A stretch of DNA of 64,000 bases from an uncultured Clostridiaceae bacterium (GTDB taxonomy: Bacteria; Bacillota; Clostridia; TANB77; CAG-508), in assembly GCA_947167695.1 (NCBI GenBank), contig CAMVIX010000001.1:8680-72679 (forward strand), given 5' to 3'. This document shows, piece by piece, positions 29,097 to 38,893 of this stretch. Below the pieces are notes generated by a model, which saw only the letters and a program-made list of their open reading frames with translations, was not told the DNA's origin and made no database searches. Within the stretch, counting starts at the first letter, position 1; each line of letters starts with the position of its first letter. Position numbers and translations under genes: made by a program.

Positions 29097-30653
29097 ATGA
29101 AAAAAGAAAATATTGAAAAAGTTATTATAGCAGTTTTAATTATTGTTATGCTTGGAGTGATGTTCTTCTTTCAAACCCAGAAAAAAGGCTTTCACGAAGA
29201 TGAAATATATACATCTATTTCTTCTGTAAATCCTTTAAATGGACTTATGTGGGCATATGGAGAACCATGGGAAAATAAGGTTCCAATATGGCTTTCGCGC
29301 GAATACGTAACAGATTTTATTACTTTAAGCAAGGATAATTATTTAAATTTGCAATCCGTATATCAAAACCAAGCATATGATAATCATCCACCGTTTTTTT
29401 ATGCATTAGTGCATTTTTCTAGTATGCTATTTGGTGGACAGTTTACAAAATATAATGTATTTATTGTAAATGCAACCACTTTTGTCCTAAGCTGTCTTGT
29501 AATTTGCAAGATATTTAAGTTGCTTGGCAAAGAAAAGCTACAATATGCAGGACTTATTTTATATGGCCTGTCTATGGGAACTATTTCAATGGTTTTATAT
29601 CAAAGAATGTATATGCTACTTACTTTGTTTGTTTTACTGTATTTGTATTATACTTTTAAAATATACAAAAATAATTTTGCCTTTAGCAAAAAGGATATGA
29701 TTTTTCTAGGAATCATAACTGTATTAGGCTTTTTAACCCAGTATTTCTTTGCAATTTATGCCGTTTTCTTATTTGGATTAATGATAATTCAAATGATTAG
29801 AAAAAAAACTGGCTGGAGAAAAATATTAATCTATCTAGGATGCCATGTCATTTACGCTATAATTGGTGTTTTGCTCTTTATTCCCTGCATAAATCACCTA
29901 CTTTATTCAGATAGAGGAATAACCAATTTAGGCAATGGTGAATTCTTTACACATTGTTGGCAATATTTAGTACACCTTGCATATGCTTTCTCAATTAATA
30001 GTACAAATAGTCTATTACTTGCAGGCATATTAATAATTTTTGCACAGCTAATTATATATTTATTTGTAAAGTCAAAAGACAAATTTATAATATCATTACT
30101 AGTAATTCCTAGTGTACTGTTTTTCTTTGTAGCAGTTAAAATGACCTCCTTTCAGGAATTAAGATATGTTATGCCTATGATACCATTTATAACAATACTC
30201 ATTATATTTGTATTAGATTCTCTTAACTATAAAGAAGTAACCGTAACTATAATTTCTGTTTTGTTGGTATTAGTTGGGTTTATTACCTCAAAACCACTAT
30301 TTTTGTATAGCGATTATCAAAGATGTCTTGATATTGCTGAAGAAAACAAAGATAAGTCTTTTGTGTATGTTTATGATAACTTCTTCTGCCATATGCAGAG
30401 CGTACCTGAAATGATGATTTATGAAAAGTCACTTATTATAAATGCTAACGAAGATGAATTAAAATATGTGATAAATAATGAAGAGTTGAATAGTGAAAGC
30501 TCCTACGTTTTGTGCATTAAAAATTACATGGATAATGAGAACATTATTAATCAGATTAAAGAAAAATCTGATTTTAAAAATGTAGAGCAAATTTATGAAG
30601 GACCTAATTCTCATTATGAGGTTGGTAACAATTTGTATTTGGTAAGTAAATGA
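29097..30653 (+). CDS. GT-C glycosyltransferase, PMT_2/ArnT-like
   Basis: GFHEDEIYT motif after TM1 and more than 10 transmembrane helices. Confidence 0.55.
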   Translation: MKKENIEKVIIAVLIIVMLGVMFFFQTQKKGFHEDEIYTSISSVNPLNGLMWAYGEPWENKVPIWLSREYVTDFITLSKDNYLNLQSVYQNQAYDNHPPFFYALVHFSSMLFGGQFTKYNVFIVNATTFVLSCLVICKIFKLLGKEKLQYAGLILYGLSMGTISMVLYQRMYMLLTLFVLLYLYYTFKIYKNNFAFSKKDMIFLGIITVLGFLTQYFFAIYAVFLFGLMIIQMIRKKTGWRKILIYLGCHVIYAIIGVLLFIPCINHLLYSDRGITNLGNGEFFTHCWQYLVHLAYAFSINSTNSLLLAGILIIFAQLIIYLFVKSKDKFIISLLVIPSVLFFFVAVKMTSFQELRYVMPMIPFITILIIFVLDSLNYKEVTVTIISVLLVLVGFITSKPLFLYSDYQRCLDIAEENKDKSFVYVYDNFFCHMQSVPEMMIYEKSLIINANEDELKYVINNEELNSESSYVLCIKNYMDNENIINQIKEKSDFKNVEQIYEGPNSHYEVGNNLYLVSK

Positions 30654-30669
30654 TTATTATAAAACTTAA

Positions 30670-30811
30670 TAGATGAAATATAGAATTTTGCAGGTGAAAC
30701 GAGGTATTTTTTGTACACCTTTGGAGTCAGCTTAAAAAGCTGCTCCAAAGGTGATTACAAAAAATAGCGAAGCGTCCGCAGTTGAACCGAAAAATTGCTA
30801 TATTTCATCTA
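30670..30811 (+). mobile_element. MITE-like ~140-bp element, copy B
   Basis: TIRs TAGATGAAATATAG / CTATATTTCATCTA and central hairpin CTTTGGAGTCAGCTTAAAAAGCTGCTCCAAAGG, in inverted orientation relative to copy A. Confidence 0.55.
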
Positions 30812-30929
30812 TTATTATAGTAACTTATGTTCTTATAGCAATGATTATAAATATTTTCCCAAACATCTTGATTTTTTGTTGTTTTACTTATATAATTCAA
30901 ATGTAAATTAAAAGAAAGGAAATACATTT

Positions 30930-31985
30930 ATGAGAAAAGGTATTGTAGAGAATGAAAACTCACAGTATAAAATTATAGCCGTTGATGATGACCCAGGTGT
31001 AATTGATACTCTATCTGTGTTTTTAAGGCGTTCTGGCTATAATTTAACTGGTCTTACAAATCCAGTAGAAGCTGTAGAAAAAATCAAAAACGAGCATTTC
31101 GATTTACTTATTCTAGATTTTATAATGACTCCTATTCATGGTGATGCCGTTGTTGAAGAGATACGAAAGTTTAATAAAGATTTATATATATTGTTACTTA
31201 CAGGTCATAAAGATTTAGCTCCACCACTTGAAACTATTCGCAGGCTTGATATTCAAGGTTACTGTGAAAAAAGCGATAAACAAGATCAACTATTACTTTT
31301 AATTGAATCTGGAATTAAATCTATTGAACAAATGAATACAATAAAGAAAATAAATGAAGAATTAAGCGATACCTATGAAAAACTTGAAAAAGCTTATATG
31401 GAAAGTATTGAAACACTTCGCCAAACTGTTGAAGCAAAAGATGTTTATACAAGAGGTCATTCAGACCGTGTTTCTGCTTTTTCAGTTTTAATTGGAGAAA
31501 AATTAGGTCTTTCTGAAAGTGATTTAAGGATATTACGTATTGGCGGATTGTTCCATGATATTGGCAAAATTGGTGTGCCAGATGCTATTTTACTTAAAGA
31601 TGCAAAACTTTCTGATGATGAATACTCACAAATAAAAAATCACCCATCAATTGGTGCACACATATTATCAAATGCAAGTATATTTGCCGATATGATACCA
31701 ATTGTTCTTCATCACCATGAAAGATATGATGGAAACGGCTATCCTTCTAAATTAAAAGGAGAAGAGATTCCATATTTAGCAAGAATTGCTGCAGTTGCAG
31801 ATACGTTTGATGCTATGACTTCTGTTAGACCATACAGAACAGCTCTTCCAATTGAAGTTGTTAAGGAAGAATTTAGAAGGTGTAGCGGAACACAATTTGA
31901 TCCTGAAATTGCAAAGGTGTTTTTGGAAATTTTGGAAAATGAATTTAATAAAATAAAAGAGATTCAAGAAAAATTTAGTGCATAA
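30930..31985 (+). CDS. Response regulator, REC + HD-GYP phosphodiesterase (RpfG-like)
   Basis: REC domain (IIAVDDDP...LLILD) followed by HD...HHHERYDGNGYP. Confidence 0.8.
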   Translation: MRKGIVENENSQYKIIAVDDDPGVIDTLSVFLRRSGYNLTGLTNPVEAVEKIKNEHFDLLILDFIMTPIHGDAVVEEIRKFNKDLYILLLTGHKDLAPPLETIRRLDIQGYCEKSDKQDQLLLLIESGIKSIEQMNTIKKINEELSDTYEKLEKAYMESIETLRQTVEAKDVYTRGHSDRVSAFSVLIGEKLGLSESDLRILRIGGLFHDIGKIGVPDAILLKDAKLSDDEYSQIKNHPSIGAHILSNASIFADMIPIVLHHHERYDGNGYPSKLKGEEIPYLARIAAVADTFDAMTSVRPYRTALPIEVVKEEFRRCSGTQFDPEIAKVFLEILENEFNKIKEIQEKFSA

Positions 31986-32012
31986 ATGTTGACGAAAATG
32001 AAACAAATATGA

Positions 32013-32058
32013 GCCAAAGGGGACAGTCTTCGCAAAGCGAAGACATGTCCCCTTTGGC
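32013..32058. repeat. GCCAAAGGGGACAGTCTTCGC-AAA-GCGAAGACATGTCCCCTTTGGC palindrome
   Basis: Near-perfect 21-bp stem between convergent genes. Related copies lie at 35149 and 62505. Confidence 0.55.
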
Positions 32059-32075
32059 TTACCTATTTTTTATTA

Positions 32076-34266
32076 TTACTTCATGCTCAGGCTTACTTTT
32101 TGTTTCTCCATATCTATTCCAATTACTTTCACTTTTACTATATCTCCTACAGAAACCACCTGCGATGGATGTTTTATGTAGCTGTCTGACATTTGGGATA
32201 TATGTACTAGCCCGTCATGTTTTACACCTACATCTACAAATGCTCCAAAATCTACTACATTTCGTACAGTCCCAGTAAGCTCCATACCCTCTTTTAAGTC
32301 TTCGAATTTTAACACATCTGATCGTAGTATTGGTTTTGGCATCTCTTCTCTTGGGTCTCTTCCTGGTTTTGAAATTTCTTCTAGTATATCTTTTAAGGTT
32401 AATTCGCCTATGTTTAACTCTTTTGATGTTTCTTTTAAATCTACACTTTTAACATTTTCTTTTATTTCTTTTAGTTTTTCTTTATCTAGTAAGTCCTGCT
32501 TGTTATAGCCTAACTTTTCCAATAACTTTTCTGTTGCCTCATAGCTTTCTGGATGCACTGCTGTTGTTTCTAATGGATTATCACCGTCCAAAAATTCTAA
32601 GGAATCCTGCGCACTGTTCAAATGCTGACTTTCCAAGCTTCGGTACTTTTAGCAATTCTTTCCTTTGTTTTAACTTTCCATTTTCATCACGGTATTTGAC
32701 TATGTTTTTTGCTATAGTGCCATTTATTCCTGAAACATATGATAATAATGAAGGAGTTGCTGTATTTACATCAACGCCTACCGAGTTTACAGCATCTTCT
32801 ACAACACCAGTTAAACTTTCTGATAATTTCTTTTGATTTACATCATGTTGATATTGCCCAACACCAATTGCCTTCGGGTCTATTTTTACAAGCTCTGCTA
32901 GCGGGTCTTGTAATCTTCTTGCAATTGATATTGCACCACGAATTGATACATTTATGTCTGGGTATTCTTCCGTTGCAAGCTTAGAAGCTGAATAAACAGA
33001 TGCTCCTGCTTCACTTACAATAGAGTAATATATTGTTTGTGGCATTTCTTTTATAAGGTCTGATACAAATTGTTCAGATTCACGCGAAGCTGTTCCATTG
33101 CCTATTGCAAACATTGTAACATGGTATTTGTTTATTAAGTCCTTTAAAACCTTTTTTGCGCCTTCTACATCATTTTGTGGCTCTGTTGGATATACTGTTG
33201 TATAGTCAAGTAGTTTTCCAGTTTCATCTATTACAGCTATTTTGCACCCTGTTCTATATGCAGGGTCAAACCCTATTACTGTTATTCCTTTAATTGGAGG
33301 TTGTAGTAATAATTGTTTCGCATTCTGCCCAAATACCTTTATTGCCTTTTCCTCTGCTCTTTCGGTTAATTCTGCTCTAATTTCTCTTTCTATGGATGGT
33401 TCAATTAATCTTTTGTAACTATCCTCAATTGTGTTTTCCAACATTGCTTCAAATTGTGTTTTTGGCTTTATTATCTTATATTTAATAAATCCTAAAATCT
33501 TTTCTTCTGGCTTTTCAAGTTTTACCTTTAAAAACTCCTCCGCTTCTCCACGGTTTATTGCTAAAATTCTATGGCTTGGTATATGCAAAATTGGTTCAGA
33601 ATAATCATAATACATTTCATATGCTGATTTTTCCTCTTTTGTTGCTTTGCTAGAAATAACAGCTTCTCTGAAACAAAGTGACTTTATTTTCTTCCTGAAA
33701 CTTGCATCATCTGAAATCATCTCAGCAATTATATCAAGCGCACCTGCAATTGCCTCTTCTGCAGATGTAACACTTTTTTCCTCACTTATATATTGCTTTG
33801 CTATTTCATAAATATCTTTTTTTTCTTGTTGCTCCCATATAATGATTGCAAGAGGTTCTAAACCTTTTGCCTTTGCTACTGTAGCTCTTGTTTTCTTTTT
33901 CTGTTTATATGGGCGGTAAAGATCTTCTAGCTCTGAAAGTATAGTTGCTTTTTCGATTTCTTCTTTTAATTCATCTGTTAATTTACCTTGTTCGTCTATT
34001 AATCTTAAAACCTCTTCTTTTCTTACTTCTAAATTTCTTAGATATGTAAGTCTTTCATCTAAATTTCTTAAGACCTCATCACTTAAGCCTCCTGTTACTT
34101 CCTTACGATATCTTGCAATAAATGGAATAGTATTTCCTTGGTCAATTAAATTTACCGCACTTTCAACTTGCTTTTTTCCCACATTTAACTCATTTGCTAT
34201 AATCTCTATAATATTCACTTTTTTTCTCCTTTGCTTTTTTTGATTAATTTTATCATAAGCTGTCAA
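32076..34266 (-). pseudogene. tex: Tex-like transcription accessory protein (YqgF/HhH/S1), +1 frameshift in a T5 run at ~32600
   Basis: ORF 32581..34266 carries the N-terminal, YqgF and HhH regions. ORF 32076..32636 carries the C-terminal S1 domain. The frames rejoin when one T is removed from GAATTTTTGG. Confidence 0.65.
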
Positions 34267-34380
34267 GTGAGTCCGTCCCCCATTGCCTCACAATTTATGA
34301 CAAATTTTGACAAAAGTATTGCAATTATAGAATATTTGAAATATAATATGCATAGTTATGAAAGGGGAGGTGTAACATTT

Positions 34381-35124
34381 ATGTTATCATCAGAAGTTAG
34401 AGCTGAGGCTCGTAAAAAATTAACAGGTAGATGGGGCAAAGCAGCATTACTTACACTTGGATATTTTCTTATATCTTTTGTAATAGGATTTGTTCAAGGA
34501 TTAATTCCAAAGTCAGCTACTGTAGTTGCTACTATAGTAAGTATAGCTGTTGCAATTATTGAAATTCCTTTGGCTTACGGTTTAATTATTTCTTATCTAA
34601 AATTCTTTAATGGAGAAGAAGTAAAACTATTTGATTTTCTATCAACAGGATTCAGTAATTTCGCAAGATCTTGGAAAGTAACTTTATGGGTTGTAGTTAA
34701 AATGCTAATTCCTGTAATTTTACTTGTTGTAGCTATCGTACTTGTTGCTGTTGGTACAGCTGGTTCTGCTGTTTCTATGTTTGATAAAGGTTCTTCAGGT
34801 GGTTTTGGAGTTCTTCTTGGAATTGCATTTGTTCTATACATAGTTGCTATAGTATGGTTAATTATTAAATCATATTCATATCAATTATCACAATTAGTTG
34901 CAATTGAAAACCCAGATATCACTGCAAAAGAATCTGTTGAAAGAAGTGCAGAATTAATGAAAGGAAGAAAAGGAAGATTGTTCTTCTTACAATTATCTTT
35001 CATTGGATGGGCTATCTTATCAGCATTAACATTTGGAATTGGCATGTTCTGGTTATTACCATACATTCAATTCGCAATGATTGTATTCTACAAAGATGCT
35101 TTAGGAAACGGAAAAACAGAATAA
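34381..35124 (+). CDS. DUF975-family membrane protein
   Basis: Glycine-zipper-like transmembrane helices. The start is taken at MLSSEVRAE with RBS GGGGAGGTG. Confidence 0.55.
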   Translation: MLSSEVRAEARKKLTGRWGKAALLTLGYFLISFVIGFVQGLIPKSATVVATIVSIAVAIIEIPLAYGLIISYLKFFNGEEVKLFDFLSTGFSNFARSWKVTLWVVVKMLIPVILLVVAIVLVAVGTAGSAVSMFDKGSSGGFGVLLGIAFVLYIVAIVWLIIKSYSYQLSQLVAIENPDITAKESVERSAELMKGRKGRLFFLQLSFIGWAILSALTFGIGMFWLLPYIQFAMIVFYKDALGNGKTE

Positions 35125-35148
35125 AAAGTTATTAATAAGAACATAATT

Positions 35149-35200
35149 GAGACAGTGGGGACAGACTTCGCCAAAGGTGAAGACATGTCCCCACTGTCTC
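35149..35200. repeat. GAGACAGTGGGGACAGACTTCGCC...GAAGACATGTCCCCACTGTCTC palindrome
   Basis: Family member of the 32013 element. Confidence 0.55.
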
Positions 35201-35233
35201 GCAATTATTGCAAAATGTGATTTTCCTATACAA

Positions 35234-35259
35234 TAAAAAAAGTGGCTTAGCCACCTTTT
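35234..35259. terminator. Bidirectional terminator A7-GTGGCTTAGCCAC-T6
   Basis: Hairpin flanked by A and T runs between the convergent DUF975 and ABC-F genes. Confidence 0.55.
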
Positions 35260-36840
35260 TTATTGTAATTCTAAATATTCGTCATATGTTCCTTGTTTTG
35301 TAATTGTCTTATCTTCTCTTAAATCAACTATCTTATTTGCAACAGTTTGAGTTAATTGGTGATCATGTGAGGTAAATAATATTACCCCCTTATATTTGCT
35401 CATTCCCTCGTTTAGCGAAGTAATGCTTTCCATATCTAGATGGTTTGTAGGTTCATCAAATATAAGTAAATTTGCACCTGATAACATTAATTTTGATAGT
35501 ACACAACGTACTTTTTCTCCACCAGATAATACATTCACCTTTTTTAAAGCCTCTTCGCCTGAAAATAGCATCCTTCCTAAAAATCCTCTGATATATGTTT
35601 CGTCCTGTTCTTTTGAATACTGCCTTAGCCAATCTACCAAATTTAAATCCACGTTAAATAGATAATTATTGTCTTTTGGAAAGTATGAAGAAGTTATAGT
35701 AGTTCCCCATTTTATCTCTCCTTCATCTGGCTCCAATTCACCAGCAATTATTTGGAATAATGCAGTTTTTGATAATTCATTTTCTGCTAAGAATGCTACT
35801 TTATCTTCTCTGTTTATAACAAATGAAACATCATTTAATACCTTTACTCCATCTATTGTTTTTGATATATGCTGTACCTCTAAAACTTCTTTACCCGGCT
35901 CTCTTTCCGGCTTAAAATCTATGTAAGGGTATTTTCTATTTGATGGTTTTATTTCGTCTAATTCAATTTTTTCAAGAGATTTTTTCCTTGATGTTGCTTG
36001 TTTTGATTTTGATGCATTTGCGCTGAATCTTGCAATAAATTCTTGTAATTCTTTTATTTTTTCTTCTTTTTTCTTATTAGCTTCTTTCATCTGCTTTAAT
36101 GCAAGTTGGCTTGATTCATGCCAGAAATCATAGTTTCCAGGATATAATTTGATTTTACCGAAATCAACATCTGCAATGTTTGTGCACACCTTATTTAGAA
36201 AATATCTGTCATGTGACACAACAATTACTGTATTTTCAAAATCAATTAAAAAATCTTGTAACCATTGAATAGCTTTTAAATCTAAGTCATTTGTAGGCTC
36301 GTCTAGTAAAAGCACATCTGGATTTCCAAATAAAGCTTGTGCAAGTAGCACCTTAACTTTATCTTTTGCTTCTAGTTCACGCATATATTTATAATGACTT
36401 TCTGTACCAATTCCAAGGTTGTTTAGCAAAACTGCTGCATCAGATTCTGCATTCCAACCATCTAGTTCAGAGAAGCGTTCTTCAAGTTTTGCAGCCCTCA
36501 TTCCATCTGCCTCTGAAAAATCCGGTTTTGCATATATCTCGTCTTTTTCCTTCATTATTTTATATAGCTCACCATTTCCCATAATTACTGTATCTATTAC
36601 AGTATAGTCTTCAAAAGCAAAGTGGTCTTGCTTTAAAACCGAAAGCCTTTCCCCTTTATCCATGTGAACTTCACCTTTTGATGGCTCAATTTCTCCAGAT
36701 AAAACTTTTAAGAAAGTAGACTTTCCTGCTCCATTTGCTCCAATTAAGCCGTAGCAGTTTCCCTTTGTGAACTTTATATTTACATCTTCAAATAACACTC
36801 TCTTTCCAAAGCGGAGTGTTACATTACTTGCCTCTATCAT
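35260..36840 (-). CDS. ABC-F family ATPase (two tandem ABC domains, no transmembrane domain)
   Basis: Two Walker A sites (GANGAGKST, LAENELSKT-like) and two LSGGE signatures. The start is taken at MIEASNVTL with RBS AGGGGG. Confidence 0.8.
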   Translation of the reverse strand: MIEASNVTLRFGKRVLFEDVNIKFTKGNCYGLIGANGAGKSTFLKVLSGEIEPSKGEVHMDKGERLSVLKQDHFAFEDYTVIDTVIMGNGELYKIMKEKDEIYAKPDFSEADGMRAAKLEERFSELDGWNAESDAAVLLNNLGIGTESHYKYMRELEAKDKVKVLLAQALFGNPDVLLLDEPTNDLDLKAIQWLQDFLIDFENTVIVVSHDRYFLNKVCTNIADVDFGKIKLYPGNYDFWHESSQLALKQMKEANKKKEEKIKELQEFIARFSANASKSKQATSRKKSLEKIELDEIKPSNRKYPYIDFKPEREPGKEVLEVQHISKTIDGVKVLNDVSFVINREDKVAFLAENELSKTALFQIIAGELEPDEGEIKWGTTITSSYFPKDNNYLFNVDLNLVDWLRQYSKEQDETYIRGFLGRMLFSGEEALKKVNVLSGGEKVRCVLSKLMLSGANLLIFDEPTNHLDMESITSLNEGMSKYKGVILFTSHDHQLTQTVANKIVDLREDKTITKQGTYDEYLELQ

Positions 36841-36927
36841 TTTTTGCCCCCTATTATTTTGATTTACAAGCAATATTGTAACATATTTTTCTTGCAAGAG
36901 CAATAGTTTCAAATTATGAAGCCAATA

Positions 36928-36978
36928 GGGACGCATTACTTTGGCTTAAAAAGTTTTTAAGCCAAAGTAATACGTCCC
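36928..36978. repeat. GGGACGCATTACTTTGGCTTAAAAAGTTTTTAAGCCAAAGTAATACGTCCC palindrome followed by a 3x CCATTGG direct repeat
   Basis: Perfect 23-bp stem. Confidence 0.5.
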
Positions 36979-37022
36979 CATTGGTTTCCCCATTGGCTTC
37001 ACATCCACATTGGTTTTTTTAT

Positions 37023-37214
37023 TTACTCGTGATCAAATAGTTGCTTTATTGTCCAAAGACCTGCCACACCAACCAAGCCATATACTATTCTTGAAAGAAC
37101 TGACATCTCCCCGAAGATTGCTGCTACTAGGTCAAAACGAAATAGACCAATTAATCCCCAGTTTATTGCACCAATAATCACAAGTACTAATGCTATTTTA
37201 TCAACAACTTTCAT
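37023..37214 (-). CDS. DUF378-family small membrane protein
   Basis: 63 aa with the INWG signature. Confidence 0.6.
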   Translation of the reverse strand: MKVVDKIALVLVIIGAINWGLIGLFRFDLVAAIFGEMSVLSRIVYGLVGVAGLWTIKQLFDHE

Positions 37215-37320
37215 AAGTTCAAACCTCCCTATTTAAGTATGATATTTTGCATCAGTATTATTGTATTTAGTTTTTTAAAATTTATGCATTTTATGAGAAA
37301 AAATAAGTGTGGTTATCCTC

Positions 37321-38121
37321 TTACACGTACCTTAATATTTTTATCCTAACATTATCCTTTTTTGTTGCACCTAATTCTTCTCCTATTTCAAATCTTCCTT
37401 TGCCTCGTACTGTAATTTTATCTCCCATTTTAACAGTCTTTGCGTTTTTCTTGCAAATTGCACCATTTATAAACACTCTTTCCTCATCTATTATAGTATT
37501 TACCTTACTTCGGCTAATTCTGTATACTTCGCCAATTACTGCATCTATTCTATAGGATGGAACAATAATTGATATTTCCTCAAATTGTACTTCCATTTCT
37601 TTTATTTCTGCTATACTTTTTTGTTCTATTATAGATTTGGAAAATCTTGTTAAATTTGTAAGTTCTTGTTTTAAAAAATCTGCAACATCGCATAATACTA
37701 TTATGTCTGCACCATGTTGCCCAACTACAATATCTCCAATTTTTTCTCTTTTTATTCCAAGCTTCATTATTCCACCTAAATATTCTCTATGTGTATATGC
37801 ATCATTATATTTTGGTAGTGTTATTCTAATTACGCAAAGCATACTCTCAATTTGTGTTTTTACATATTCTTCTTCTAATTTATCTGGGTATAATACTAGA
37901 ATCTCACGCTCTGCCTCCAAAAATCCACCTGTGAAAATGTAGTTTGCAACTTTTTCTTCTTGTAGAACTTCATTTACAATTGACTTTTCATGCATATTTA
38001 AAAAATCTGTTGTAACAATTTTGCCACGTGCATCTCTTTCTGTTATTTTGTCTAGTAATTTAGATACTAATAACTTGTCTTCCTGTTCTATATAATTTCT
38101 TAAAATTTCTTGTTTTTGCAT
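37321..38121 (-). CDS. YlmH-like RNA-binding protein with a C-terminal S4 domain
   Basis: The C-terminal YRIDAVIGEVYRISRSKVNTIIDEERVFING is an S4 fold. Confidence 0.55.
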   Translation of the reverse strand: MQKQEILRNYIEQEDKLLVSKLLDKITERDARGKIVTTDFLNMHEKSIVNEVLQEEKVANYIFTGGFLEAEREILVLYPDKLEEEYVKTQIESMLCVIRITLPKYNDAYTHREYLGGIMKLGIKREKIGDIVVGQHGADIIVLCDVADFLKQELTNLTRFSKSIIEQKSIAEIKEMEVQFEEISIIVPSYRIDAVIGEVYRISRSKVNTIIDEERVFINGAICKKNAKTVKMGDKITVRGKGRFEIGEELGATKKDNVRIKILRYV

Positions 38122-38252
38122 ATATATTCTTACCTCTTCCACAATAAATTTATCATATATTTTCTATTATTACAATATAAATCCTTAATTTAGTTGTTTT
38201 AACCTTAAAATTGTGGTATTATATATTCATAAATTATAAGGAGGTAATATTT

Positions 38253-38807
38253 ATGTGGTGGATTCTTTTGGCTATTGTATTGGTACTTGTTCTTGTAGTT
38301 ATAAGTATTTATAATAAATTGGTTCGTGCAAGGCAAAAAGTTAGAAATGCTTGGAGCCAAATTGATGTTCAGCTTCAAAGAAGGTTTGATTTAATTCCAA
38401 ATCTTGTTGAAACTGTTAAAGGTTATATGACACATGAAAATGATGTTATAACAAAAGTTACGGAGCTTCGTACAGCTTGGGCTGGAGCAAAGTCTATTAG
38501 TGAAAAGGCTGAACTTGATAATAAATTATCTGGTGCACTAAAAACAATTATGGCTGTATCTGAAAATTATCCTGATTTAAAGGCAAATGAGAATTTTGCT
38601 CAACTACAATTAGAGATAAAAAATACAGAAGATAAAATTAGTTTTTCGAGACAATTTTATAACGATACCACAACGAAATACAATACAAGTTTAGAAGTTA
38701 TTCCTTCTAATATTGTTGCATCTTTGTTTGGATTTAAGCCTATGGAATTGTATAAGGTAGATAGCAGTGAAGCTAGAAATAATGTTAAAGTTGACTTTAA
38801 TAAATAG
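38253..38807 (+). CDS. LemA family protein
   Basis: N-terminal transmembrane helix plus the LemA core (NAWSQIDVQLQRRFDLIPNLV); RBS AAGGAGG. Confidence 0.8.
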   Translation: MWWILLAIVLVLVLVVISIYNKLVRARQKVRNAWSQIDVQLQRRFDLIPNLVETVKGYMTHENDVITKVTELRTAWAGAKSISEKAELDNKLSGALKTIMAVSENYPDLKANENFAQLQLEIKNTEDKISFSRQFYNDTTTKYNTSLEVIPSNIVASLFGFKPMELYKVDSSEARNNVKVDFNK

Positions 38808-38893
38808 GCAACAAAAATGAGCAAAGGTGGTGATACTCCTCTTTTAGTGGAGCATCACCACCTTTGCTCATTTCAAGCATTTGAGTTGTTTTA

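Noticed and set aside
34231-34380. Upstream 50 codons of the DUF975 ORF
   Set aside because: It overlaps the tex start on the other strand. A downstream ATG with a strong RBS (34381) was chosen instead.
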